From a virus: DNA of 64,000 nt. Shown piece by piece: positions 9,328-17,870 of this stretch; position 1 is the first letter of the stretch, and the number at the start of each line of letters is the position of its first letter. The stretch spans positions 1-64,000 of the IMG/VR virus record IMGVR_UViG_3300045973_000209; one strand, 5' to 3'. The notes beneath the pieces were generated by a model that saw only the letters and a program-made list of their open reading frames with translations, was not told where the DNA came from and ran no database searches. Made by a program: the position numbers and the translations under genes.

Positions 9328-10305
9328 ATGGGTAACGAATTAAAGACTATTGATAGGAATTTTGATGCTACGATTGCTAGTTTTGATAAGATTAAGAAGG
9401 TAGCTGAATATATAGCTACATCTGAAGCCTTTACAAAAGGTTTTGAAATGAAAGATAAAGATGGTAAGACTATCATTGATACCGAAACTGGTAAACCTAA
9501 GATTAATGTAGCAGATGTAGCTCTTTGTTTAATGGCAGGTCATGAATTAGGACTTGATATTGGTGGTTCTATTATGTATGGTAAGAAATTAAATCAACTT
9601 ACCTACATGAGTGTAATGAAAGGTAGAAGTTTAGGAATTGATTTAGCAACTTCTATTGAAAAGATCATAACTATTGTTGGAAAGAGTGGTAATGCTACTA
9701 GTTATACAATGGTTAATATTATTACTGCTAAATTAAATAGTAATAATGTAGTATTTCTACCTCTTATTAAAAATTATGCTCCATTTTATATTTATAGTGA
9801 TGCAAATGGTGCAGAATTAGAATTAGATAAAGTTCTTGATGAACAAGATGAACTTAAACCTGAATATGCTTTAATTAATCTTAATGATAAACCAGAAATA
9901 ATTCAAGTAAATGTTAAAGCTGCAAAAGATGCAGGTAAAATAATTGTTACTAGAGTTCAACATGGTTATTATACTAAAGCAAAGTTTGTTAGAACATATC
10001 CTGATGGTCATATTGTAACACATTATCAAAGATTCTCTAGTCTTGATGCAGAAAGGGCTGATTTATTACCTACTTTTCAATTGGCTCCTGATGGTAAAAC
10101 ATGGCAGAAACTTCAAGATGGTAAAGATAATTGGATAAAAAGTACTCCTCAAATGATGCTCAATAGAGTTATTAGCATTGGTGGAAGAGTAGTAGGTGAT
10201 GATCTTCTTCAAGGTGTGTATACTAGAGAAGAGGTAATTAGTGCAGGATTAGTAGATGAAAAAGATGCACCTGTAGTTGATATAGAATCCGAAGTAGTTA
10301 AATAA
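9328..10305 (+). CDS. putative RecT-like single-strand annealing protein
   Basis: LCLMAGHELGLDIGGS resembles the RecT core (..Q.GL.PG.); C-terminal W...PQMMLNRVI resembles the RecT W..M..K..IRR region. By-eye similarity only. Confidence 0.4.
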   Translation: MGNELKTIDRNFDATIASFDKIKKVAEYIATSEAFTKGFEMKDKDGKTIIDTETGKPKINVADVALCLMAGHELGLDIGGSIMYGKKLNQLTYMSVMKGRSLGIDLATSIEKIITIVGKSGNATSYTMVNIITAKLNSNNVVFLPLIKNYAPFYIYSDANGAELELDKVLDEQDELKPEYALINLNDKPEIIQVNVKAAKDAGKIIVTRVQHGYYTKAKFVRTYPDGHIVTHYQRFSSLDAERADLLPTFQLAPDGKTWQKLQDGKDNWIKSTPQMMLNRVISIGGRVVGDDLLQGVYTREEVISAGLVDEKDAPVVDIESEVVK

Positions 10306-10447
10306 ATAGATGATCAAGTAATTATTTCTAAAAGTAGATCGCAAAAGATAGGTATTATTACCATATAAGCTGAAAAGCACATAGGCGATATCTTACAATG
10401 ACAAAATAATACACTGAATCATCAACTCATTTTATAATTCGTTTTAA

Positions 10448-10457
10448 TTTTTATTTG
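10448..10457 (+). promoter_or_regulatory. candidate promoter element TTTTTATTTG
   Basis: Identical 10-mer also at 20451-20460, in both cases inside a long intergenic gap upstream of a gene start. Confidence 0.2.
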
Positions 10458-10479
10458 TTAAACTTAATTTATTATTAAC

Positions 10480-11112
10480 ATGAATCCAGTATCTAGATTT
10501 TCAAGTTCTTTCGTTGGTAAAGCAGTAGCTAGTGGTAGTAAAGTTCAGGGTAGAACGTTTCCTGCTTTGACAGTAGCATCAACAAAAGATAAATTTGTTC
10601 TTAATTCAAAAGCTCTCGCATTAATGGGACTTAGTGAAGGTTCATATGTGGTTATGATTGATATGAACAAAGGTAATGTTGTTACAGAAAATCCTAACGA
10701 AAGATTTTATCTTACAGCAGGATGGGATAAAGGTAAAGGCAACTTTGAAGGTGCAAAAATTGGTAAAGGTGGATCATTCTCATATTCTGGAGTATATTCA
10801 GCAATAGTAATGGGAAAACCTGAAATATCAGAAGCTAATATCAAAGATATGGCTGCTGCTGGAAAAGGAATTCTTAGGAAAACTAATGAAGGTACACCTG
10901 ATGAGAAAGAAACATTCATAGGAACACAGAAAGTTGAATTTAAAGTTGAGAAACTTGTTCAGCCTAATCCTACTGCAGGTGAAGCAGATCTTACAGAGTT
11001 TGAAGTATCTAGTGGTGTATTCCAGACAGTATATGCTCTTACAGAACAGGAAATTACTGCTCACACTCCACGTACCGATGGTAAAGAAGATGATGAAGCC
11101 ACTCAGGAATAA
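10480..11112 (+). CDS. hypothetical, probably abundant protein with acidic C-terminal tail (SSB-like tail)
   Basis: Preceded by the longest plus-strand intergenic gap (174 nt) and followed by a strong terminator; less AT-biased codons; ends ...DGKEDDEATQE. Confidence 0.6.
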   Translation: MNPVSRFSSSFVGKAVASGSKVQGRTFPALTVASTKDKFVLNSKALALMGLSEGSYVVMIDMNKGNVVTENPNERFYLTAGWDKGKGNFEGAKIGKGGSFSYSGVYSAIVMGKPEISEANIKDMAAAGKGILRKTNEGTPDEKETFIGTQKVEFKVEKLVQPNPTAGEADLTEFEVSSGVFQTVYALTEQEITAHTPRTDGKEDDEATQE

Positions 11113-11149
11113 TTAACTCTTTTACTTTCATATTTCAGTTTTATTACAA

Positions 11150-11188
11150 AAGGAGTAGTTATTCTTATAGCTACTCCTTATTTTTATT
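11150..11188 (+). terminator. intrinsic terminator
   Basis: Perfect 9-bp stem AAGGAGTAG (11150-11158) / CTACTCCTT (11171-11179), followed by a T-run. Confidence 0.75.
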
Positions 11189-11208
11189 AATCATTAAATA
11201 TTATTATT

Positions 11209-12063
11209 ATGCCATTACTTGATCTAACAATTTCAGCAACTACTAGACTTGGACTAGAACCTCTTAAAGGTACAGATGGTAAATATCTGTATGGAGGTAT
11301 AGTTCCTACAAGAGTAGTTGATTTTCATGTTGGTTCTCAGAAACATACAAAAGGTGAATTTAAAGACCTTGATGTTCCTGTATTACAGGTCGAATTTGAG
11401 AACTTTAAATTGAATGCTAGTGATCCTGATCGTTTTTATACTCATAGTCTTAAAATAGTTGGAACTAAGCAACTTGTTAAAGGAACTATTGATCAGTATG
11501 AAGATAGACCAGCATTAGATGTTGATAATGATACCATTTCATTATGGAAGAGCATTAAACATTTTCTTGAATCTCTTGCTGGAAGTCCTAATTACAGAAA
11601 TATAGTTGATATTCCTAAAGATATTCAACTTTCAACTTTTGATCTTCCTGGACTTCTACCTAATATTACATCCGCAGAAAGGATTACTAAATATCAGAAA
11701 TTCTTTGATTATTTAGTAGCATTTGTAAATGGTGATGGAAAAGATATTAAATCACAGATTCTTACTACTGAAGGAGATGCACTTCCTATGTGGGTAAAGG
11801 TACTTCCTAATTATGATAAAGATGCTAAACGAAATGCTAAATATTTTGGTATTTCTAGATTTATCAATCAAGGAGTATTTGAAACAATGAAATTAGATAA
11901 AGGTATTCCTGCTGGTGGACCAAAGATCATTAGAATTAAAGCAACAGAAAGTCTTGAACTTATTGCTACAACTAGTGGTCCAAGTAATATGGGAGCATCT
12001 AGTGGTAATTTACCTAATGCAGGTGGTATTGATCCTGCTGTACAAAATCTTTTGAAAGGATGA
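11209..12063 (+). CDS. hypothetical protein, monocistronic unit
   Basis: Bracketed by two intrinsic terminators; 284 aa; no recognisable motif. Confidence 0.65.
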   Translation: MPLLDLTISATTRLGLEPLKGTDGKYLYGGIVPTRVVDFHVGSQKHTKGEFKDLDVPVLQVEFENFKLNASDPDRFYTHSLKIVGTKQLVKGTIDQYEDRPALDVDNDTISLWKSIKHFLESLAGSPNYRNIVDIPKDIQLSTFDLPGLLPNITSAERITKYQKFFDYLVAFVNGDGKDIKSQILTTEGDALPMWVKVLPNYDKDAKRNAKYFGISRFINQGVFETMKLDKGIPAGGPKIIRIKATESLELIATTSGPSNMGASSGNLPNAGGIDPAVQNLLKG

Positions 12064-12082
12064 TTTGTTAATATTAATTAAG

Positions 12083-12108
12083 AGGGTAGTAGAAATACTA
12101 CCCTTTTA
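12083..12108 (+). terminator. intrinsic terminator
   Basis: GGGTAGTA (12084-12091), GAAA loop, TACTACCC (12096-12103), then TTTT. Confidence 0.75.
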
Positions 12109-12120
12109 TTATATTTAAAT

Positions 12121-13248
12121 ATGAAATTATTAGAGAGTGATAAACTTAAAGAAACTATATTAAAAGATTATGACCAGATTTCATTATTTGCTACATATTT
12201 TGAGATTGCTGAGAATGATATTAATTATTGTCTAGAGAATAAGAATTATAAGATTAGTAATCCTCTTCGCGATGATAGAGATCCTTCTCTTGGTTTTATG
12301 ACTGTAATGGATAAGCAAAGTAGTTATTTCAAATTAAAAATGTATGACTGGGCTGATCCTTATTATAGAGGAGATATATTTGATTTAGTAGGTAAGATTA
12401 GACATTTGAATAGTAATAAAGCACTTGATTTCATAACTATATGTAAAGATATTATATATACTATGAAAGAAAAGACAGTTCAACATACTATTAAAAAGTT
12501 AACTCTTACTAAAACTGAACCATTTACATTTATACATATAGAACCTAGATTATGGTGTAGTAAAGATATTGAATTATGGAATAGTTTTGGACTTCCATTT
12601 AATGAATTTAAACATATTATTTTTCCTCTTAAACATAGTTTTATTTCTAATTATTGCGATTATACTTATGATGAAAACGATCCTGGTTATGCGTGGATTA
12701 GTGGATATTATGATAGTAAGACTTTATATACTTTATATTTTCCTTTTAGAAAAGGTAATGATAAGTTCAAACCTAGATTCAAGAAAAATAATAAGTTTTA
12801 TCCATTAGAATGTATTCATGAATTAAAACCAGCTGATATTCTAGTAATTACTAAAGCATATAAAGAGAAATTACTTATTAATAGACTTCTTCCACAGATT
12901 GAAAAAGAGCATACCATTCAAGTTAGTAATTTTACTTCAGAAAGTATTGTATTATCAAATGATTTTGTAATGAAGTTATATGATATTTATCCTACTGTAG
13001 TAACTAATACTGACTTTGATTATACTGGATTAAAAACTAGTAGAGAGCATAAGAAAAGATATGGTATGCTAAGATTTGTTCCTACTAATGGAAGATTTGG
13101 AACTTATGATTTTGGAGGTAAAGATTTGTGTGAGATTCATGCTAAACATGGTTTACAATATTGTGTAGATATATTACAAGATTCCTATAATTATTTAAAA
13201 CAAGAAATAGAATATGAAAAACTCTTATCCAGTGACTCCAATTATTGA
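12121..13248 (+). CDS. putative DnaG-like (TOPRIM) DNA primase with degenerate zinc-binding region
   Basis: ISNPLRDDRDPSLGF aligns by eye with the DnaG zinc-ribbon CPFH.EKTPSF but lacks Cys/His; ILVITKAYKEK and TNTDFDYTG resemble the TOPRIM E and DxD elements. Confidence 0.45.
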   Translation: MKLLESDKLKETILKDYDQISLFATYFEIAENDINYCLENKNYKISNPLRDDRDPSLGFMTVMDKQSSYFKLKMYDWADPYYRGDIFDLVGKIRHLNSNKALDFITICKDIIYTMKEKTVQHTIKKLTLTKTEPFTFIHIEPRLWCSKDIELWNSFGLPFNEFKHIIFPLKHSFISNYCDYTYDENDPGYAWISGYYDSKTLYTLYFPFRKGNDKFKPRFKKNNKFYPLECIHELKPADILVITKAYKEKLLINRLLPQIEKEHTIQVSNFTSESIVLSNDFVMKLYDIYPTVVTNTDFDYTGLKTSREHKKRYGMLRFVPTNGRFGTYDFGGKDLCEIHAKHGLQYCVDILQDSYNYLKQEIEYEKLLSSDSNY

Positions 13249-13717
13249 AGTATTAAATACTCAAATTGACAAAAATACAGGAGCTAAACGACTGCTTTTA
13301 TTCACCCCCCTTAAAAAGAAAGAGCATGATAGTTTTTGCAATAGATTAACTTTATATCTTCAGCATCATAAAACTAGTAGCAAACGAAAAGAAATGGATA
13401 TTGAATTAGAAAAACAATATAATTTTACTTTCGGTGATGTTGTTGCTTGTGGTAATACTGAAATGGAAACTAGACAAGCAAATTCATATATAGAAGCAAC
13501 TGCTTTAAAGATTAATGAAGTATGGAGAAGAAATTATAAATGTTTTGTTAATAAAGATTGGAAGAATCCAGAGAATAGACTAAATCTTCCATATCATGAT
13601 GATGGTGGTTGTAGTTGGAATTGCCTAATGACTAAATTAAAGAATCCAAAATATGGAGTTCTATTTACTATTCCTATTGAAAATAAATCTAAATTTGGAC
13701 TAAATGGAGAATATTAA
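13214..13717 (+). CDS. hypothetical protein
   Basis: 167-aa ORF overlapping the primase 3' end by 35 nt; start uncertain. Confidence 0.5.
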   Translation: MKNSYPVTPIIEVLNTQIDKNTGAKRLLLFTPLKKKEHDSFCNRLTLYLQHHKTSSKRKEMDIELEKQYNFTFGDVVACGNTEMETRQANSYIEATALKINEVWRRNYKCFVNKDWKNPENRLNLPYHDDGGCSWNCLMTKLKNPKYGVLFTIPIENKSKFGLNGEY

Positions 13718-14078
13718 TCTTACTGATGCTCATAGAGAATTACTCTATGGGTTTTCATTGCAACAAGGTGCAAATATTACAAGACTAAGAATGTATGATG
13801 GACATAATATATTCAGATATTCTATACTTGAAGATACTCTTATAAGAGTTGCAATGGAAAGAAAAGGATCTAAAATTAAGTTTGAATATATGCCTGGTCA
13901 TATATATTTCTTTTGCCTTAATAAACATAGTGCTGAAGATAAACTTAATAAACTATTTAAAGATGTTGATGATACTATTAAATCTCAACTTACTTTAGAT
14001 AAACCTCTAGCAACCGCATCTTCTTTATCTATGGGGGTTGGTGAAAATATCATTGATAAATCAATAAATACTGAATAA
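13704..14078 (+). CDS. hypothetical protein
   Basis: ATG start, overlaps the upstream end, abuts the next ATG. Confidence 0.55.
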   Translation: MENINLTDAHRELLYGFSLQQGANITRLRMYDGHNIFRYSILEDTLIRVAMERKGSKIKFEYMPGHIYFFCLNKHSAEDKLNKLFKDVDDTIKSQLTLDKPLATASSLSMGVGENIIDKSINTE

Positions 14079-14402
14079 ATGCAAACATTATTTACCATAG
14101 AGGATAAAGAAACTGGTGGAGTTAAAACTCTTCTTCATGTATCTAGTTATACTAGTACTGGACTTGCTGTAATTATATATAGTTCTGATGAATGGGGTAA
14201 TCATATAAAGACTGTAAGGAAATTCTTTACAGGTAAAGTCGATATTCTATATCATAAGGCACTTCGTAGACAAGTAAAGATAGAAGGTGGTATTGTTCAT
14301 AAAAGAGTTAGTGATACTCCTTTACAAAGAACTAAACAAATTGAAAGTAAATATCCTAATCGAGATAGTAAAGGTAGATTTAAAAAGGCTAGAAAGAAAT
14401 GA
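14079..14402 (+). CDS. hypothetical protein with basic C-terminus
   Basis: ATG directly after the upstream TAA; ends ...SKGRFKKARKK. Confidence 0.55.
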   Translation: MQTLFTIEDKETGGVKTLLHVSSYTSTGLAVIIYSSDEWGNHIKTVRKFFTGKVDILYHKALRRQVKIEGGIVHKRVSDTPLQRTKQIESKYPNRDSKGRFKKARKK

Positions 14403-14599
14403 ATTATTTTGCTTATGTTCCAGAAGATTTTCTTCGTAAACAAGAGAAAATACATAATGAATGGCATATGCCAGATTTTAGAGATACTATTACTCTATTT
14501 AATTATTGTTTATTTGTACGAGAACGCATTAAGAGAAATCTTGATACTGCTCAAAAAATGATTGCATATAAATTTTTAATAAACTTAGAAAGATCATGA
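14399..14599 (+). CDS. hypothetical small protein
   Basis: ATGA start/stop overlap with the upstream gene. Confidence 0.5.
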   Translation: MNYFAYVPEDFLRKQEKIHNEWHMPDFRDTITLFNYCLFVRERIKRNLDTAQKMIAYKFLINLERS

Positions 14600-14781
14600 A
14601 AACAGAAATTAAATCAGATGGTAAACAGACTACAATTACTCTTATTCCTGAGAGTAGATTTGAAGAAAATATAGTTGAATCTATGAATTTATATGATGCT
14701 ACTACAACAACAGTTAGATCAGATGAAAAGACATTAGAAATAATAATACATAATCACAAAATAGATGAAAGTAGGTACTAA
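14596..14781 (+). CDS. hypothetical small protein
   Basis: ATGA overlap with the upstream gene. Confidence 0.5.
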   Translation: MKTEIKSDGKQTTITLIPESRFEENIVESMNLYDATTTTVRSDEKTLEIIIHNHKIDESRY

Positions 14782-15328
14782 ATCTCTTCTTTTTGGAGTA
14801 CACCAAGTATTTATACATCCTGTGTATGTATTTATTGCTTGGTGGAAGCTTTTTGGATTTCCTCGTGATCCTAGACTATGGGTTGCTTTTATAGTACATG
14901 ATTGGGGATATTGGGGAAAGTCTAATATGGATGGTAAAGATGAAGGTGAAACTCATCCTGAACTAGGTGCTAAAATAATGCATAGATCATTTGATAAGAA
15001 ATGTGAGAAAGGATTAAAGTATATATCACGAGGTAATGAGTGTTATATATGGTATAATTTTACTCTTTATCATTCTCGTTTTTATGCTAAAAATGATGTT
15101 CATCCTATATCTAGACTTTGTATTGCTGATAAGTATGTATTTTGTCTTGAAAATAAATGGTTTTATATACTTCGTGCTAAACTTAGTGGTGAATTATATG
15201 AATATATGGATGAAAATAAAGGTAGAGCAAAGATTCCATTTAAAAATGCAAGTGATTGGTTTGATTATGTATATAAATATATGCAAGAGTATGTTAAAGA
15301 TGAAATAGATAAACTAACTAAATTTTAA
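14765..15328 (+). CDS. hypothetical protein, possible HD-type metal-dependent phosphohydrolase
   Basis: FIVHDWGYW (HD dyad), THPELGAKIM and LYHSRFYA histidines spaced as in the HD superfamily; hydrophobic N-terminus. Confidence 0.35.
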   Translation: MKVGTKSLLFGVHQVFIHPVYVFIAWWKLFGFPRDPRLWVAFIVHDWGYWGKSNMDGKDEGETHPELGAKIMHRSFDKKCEKGLKYISRGNECYIWYNFTLYHSRFYAKNDVHPISRLCIADKYVFCLENKWFYILRAKLSGELYEYMDENKGRAKIPFKNASDWFDYVYKYMQEYVKDEIDKLTKF

Positions 15329-15331
15329 ATT

Positions 15332-15550
15332 ATGGCAACCCCAATGCATCCTGTAAAATCTTCTCAAATATCTTATATTGGATATGATGAAGATAGTAAA
15401 GAATTATTTGTTACTTTTAAGAATGGAAGTACTTATAAATATGAAGATGTACCTAAAAATAGATATGAACAATTAATGAATTGTGAATCTATAGGTAAAT
15501 ATTTTGGTGAGATGATTAAGAATGTATATGAATTTACTAAAATTAAATAA
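15332..15550 (+). CDS. KTSC domain protein
   Basis: SSQISYIGYDEDSKELFVTFKNGSTYKYEDVPKNRYEQLMNCESIGKYF matches the KTSC pattern (S.I..IGYD....L.V.F..G..Y.Y..VP......L....S.GKYF). Confidence 0.75.
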   Translation: MATPMHPVKSSQISYIGYDEDSKELFVTFKNGSTYKYEDVPKNRYEQLMNCESIGKYFGEMIKNVYEFTKIK

Positions 15551-15551
15551 G

Positions 15552-15920
15552 ATGAACATAGTTAATGTTCTTAATGAACAACTTAAACATACTACTCATA
15601 AATATTTATTTGTATCTATTATACAATCTAGTAAAAAGTTTGATTATAGAGATAGAGTAGAGCAATGTACTGATTTTAAATTAAGATGTATATCTGAAGT
15701 ACATAAAGATTTTTATGATATTATTAATTTACAATTTTGTAGTACAGATATTAGAGAAGTTAATATGGATAAAGCTGTAGAACGATATAATGAAGAGTTA
15801 ATCAAAGTTCTTGCTTTTAGTAAAGAAACTATTGGATTAGAAACTCTACAGAGTACTCCTGTTAAAACTTTTAGAGACATTATGAAACTAATTAGTGAAG
15901 ATAAACCTTTAAGTAAATAA
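15552..15920 (+). CDS. hypothetical protein
   Basis: Internal ATG (MNIVNVL...) 1 nt after the KTSC stop, preferred over the listed 15522 start. Confidence 0.5.
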   Translation: MNIVNVLNEQLKHTTHKYLFVSIIQSSKKFDYRDRVEQCTDFKLRCISEVHKDFYDIINLQFCSTDIREVNMDKAVERYNEELIKVLAFSKETIGLETLQSTPVKTFRDIMKLISEDKPLSK

Positions 15921-15923
15921 ATT

Positions 15924-16769
15924 ATGATTATAGGTGTTAGTGGTAAAATAGGTAGTGGTAAAGATACTGTTGGTAATATTATACAGTATCTTACTGAACC
16001 AGAACTACAAGAAAATAGTGATTGTTTAGACTTTCTTAAGAATGGATTTGCAATGACGCAATATCCTTTTACTTGGCAAATTAAAAAGTTTGCTGATAAA
16101 CTTAAAGAATGTGCTAGTTTAATTCTTGGTATTCCTAGAGAAGATTTAGAGAAGATTGAAGTTAAGAATAGAGTACTTGGAAAAGAATGGATTAGATATG
16201 GTAAAGCCAATGGATTTTTTATTAAAGGTGATGAACGTATTATGAATAATGAACCTTGTAGTAAAGAAGAATATGAAATAGAATTAAAAACTAATTGGCA
16301 GACAACATATAAACTTGAACATACACCAAGAACTATTCTTCAATTATTAGGTACAGAAGTTGGTAGATTTATTCATCCTGATTTCTGGATTAATGCATTG
16401 TTTGTTAATTATAAATTAGTATCTTTTCAACATTCTCTAATTGATCATTCTGGAAATAGTAATCCAAATATTATTATGGTTGGAGAACTAATGGTTGTTG
16501 AATTTCCTAATTGGATTATTACTGATATGCGATTTCCTAATGAATTAGATAGTGTTAAAAGTAGAGGAGGAATTACTATTAGAGTTAATAGAGGTATAAG
16601 ATGTAAAGATGGCCTTTCAGATATTACTAATAGAATGATACAAGAAATACATCCTTCTGAAACTGCTCTTGATAATGCTATCTTTGATTATACTATTGAT
16701 AATAATGGTACTATTGAAGAGTTAATTGAAAAGGTAAAAGAAATATTAATTAAAGAAAAGATAATCTAA
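15924..16769 (+). CDS. deoxynucleoside monophosphate kinase-like P-loop kinase
   Basis: MIIGVSGKIGSGKDT P-loop, LQLLGTEVGRFIHPDFWINAL, ITDMRFPNELDSVKSRGG: the pattern of phage dNMP kinases. Confidence 0.7.
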   Translation: MIIGVSGKIGSGKDTVGNIIQYLTEPELQENSDCLDFLKNGFAMTQYPFTWQIKKFADKLKECASLILGIPREDLEKIEVKNRVLGKEWIRYGKANGFFIKGDERIMNNEPCSKEEYEIELKTNWQTTYKLEHTPRTILQLLGTEVGRFIHPDFWINALFVNYKLVSFQHSLIDHSGNSNPNIIMVGELMVVEFPNWIITDMRFPNELDSVKSRGGITIRVNRGIRCKDGLSDITNRMIQEIHPSETALDNAIFDYTIDNNGTIEELIEKVKEILIKEKII

Positions 16770-17056
16770 TGGAAGTAATAGGTGAATTTAAAGATGGTTA
16801 TATAACCAAGGTAGATATTAATGAATTAGCTAATCTAACAGGTTATAATTCTAAATATACTAGTGGATTTAAATATCCTAAAATTGGAGATAAAATAGAT
16901 ATACCTAGTTTATATGAAAGAGTTACTAAAATAGAAAATTTAATAGATAGCGGTTTATCTGATAGTATTGATGATTTAAATAAAAAAATCAAATCACTTA
17001 ATGTTGTTAAAGATATATTTAAAGATATAGTAACTAGAAAAAAAGAAACTCCATGA
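16769..17056 (+). CDS. hypothetical protein
   Basis: ATG overlaps the upstream TAA. Confidence 0.55.
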   Translation: MEVIGEFKDGYITKVDINELANLTGYNSKYTSGFKYPKIGDKIDIPSLYERVTKIENLIDSGLSDSIDDLNKKIKSLNVVKDIFKDIVTRKKETP

Positions 17057-17301
17057 TTAATGTATCTATAAATAGTATTCATTTTGGACATTTAGGACAT
17101 GGTATTGTTGTATGGACTACTGAAATAGAAGAAAATAATAATTATAAAAAACTAGCCCATATTAATCCAGATAGAATAATTACATGGTATGAACAATGTA
17201 ATGGTAAGATTATAAATAAAGTAAGATTATATGCAAGAACTGCTAATCCTACTATATCTGTTACTCAAAATGATCAATTTGTATTTAATAAGAAAGTATA
17301 A
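17053..17301 (+). CDS. hypothetical protein
   Basis: ATGA overlap with the upstream gene. Confidence 0.55.
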   Translation: MINVSINSIHFGHLGHGIVVWTTEIEENNNYKKLAHINPDRIITWYEQCNGKIINKVRLYARTANPTISVTQNDQFVFNKKV

Positions 17302-17510
17302 TGTGGAAATATATAATTTTCTATTGTATGCCATTGTTTACTATCACTACTGATAGTATTCCTGATGTAATAACTAATAAAGATACTTGTTTTATATATG
17401 TATCTTATACTAATCGAGAACTAGCTTTTCTTAGATATAAATTATTGAAAGAAGATACTAGTCCAAAGAATGATGTAAAGATTGATAGTGTTTTTATAAA
17501 AACTAGATAA
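17301..17510 (+). CDS. hypothetical small protein
   Basis: TAATG overlap with the upstream gene. Confidence 0.5.
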   Translation: MWKYIIFYCMPLFTITTDSIPDVITNKDTCFIYVSYTNRELAFLRYKLLKEDTSPKNDVKIDSVFIKTR

Positions 17511-17511
17511 A

Positions 17512-17700
17512 ATGAGCAGATCAGATGAACCATATTATCCAATTAATAGTTTTATTGGTATTACTATTGAAGAAAAAATAATATTAGAGTTTGTAAAAAT
17601 AACTCGTATAACACATCCTAATTATACTATTGAAGCTATTTTAGAATATGCTATAAAAGATGCAAATGTATTTATTAAACAAATTATTAATACTAATTAA
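17512..17700 (+). CDS. hypothetical small protein
   Basis: ATG 1 nt after the upstream stop. Confidence 0.5.
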   Translation: MSRSDEPYYPINSFIGITIEEKIILEFVKITRITHPNYTIEAILEYAIKDANVFIKQIINTN

Positions 17701-17701
17701 T

Positions 17702-17869
17702 ATGGAAATAATAATCAGAAGTAAAAGTACTTCTTTATTAGAAGAACTTGTAGAAGCATTTAAAGAAGGTAATTATGTAGAAGGTGATACTCAATCTTGT
17801 TATATAGGTGATAGAACTATAGAAGTTAATGATAATAATAAAGATTTAGTAATTATTAATATTGATTAA
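17702..17869 (+). CDS. hypothetical small protein
   Basis: Internal ATG (MEIIIRS...) 1 nt after the upstream stop, preferred over the listed 17660 start. Confidence 0.45.
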   Translation: MEIIIRSKSTSLLEELVEAFKEGNYVEGDTQSCYIGDRTIEVNDNNKDLVIINID

Positions 17870-17870
17870 T

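Noticed and set aside
10334-10396. Imperfect palindrome GTAGATCGC ... GCGATATCTTAC in the 174-nt leader of the 10480 gene, considered as an sRNA, riboswitch or origin
   Set aside because: The stem needs two bulges and encloses a 42-nt unstructured A-rich loop. There are no iterons or repeated boxes nearby. It is mentioned only as part of the finding on the insulated gene pair.
15713-16210. 165-aa minus-strand ORF spanning the 15552-15920 / dNMP kinase junction
   Set aside because: It lies antisense to two well-supported plus-strand genes, one with clear kinase motifs. It has a Leu/Ser/Ile-rich composition and would be the only minus-strand gene in a 25-kb co-directional module.
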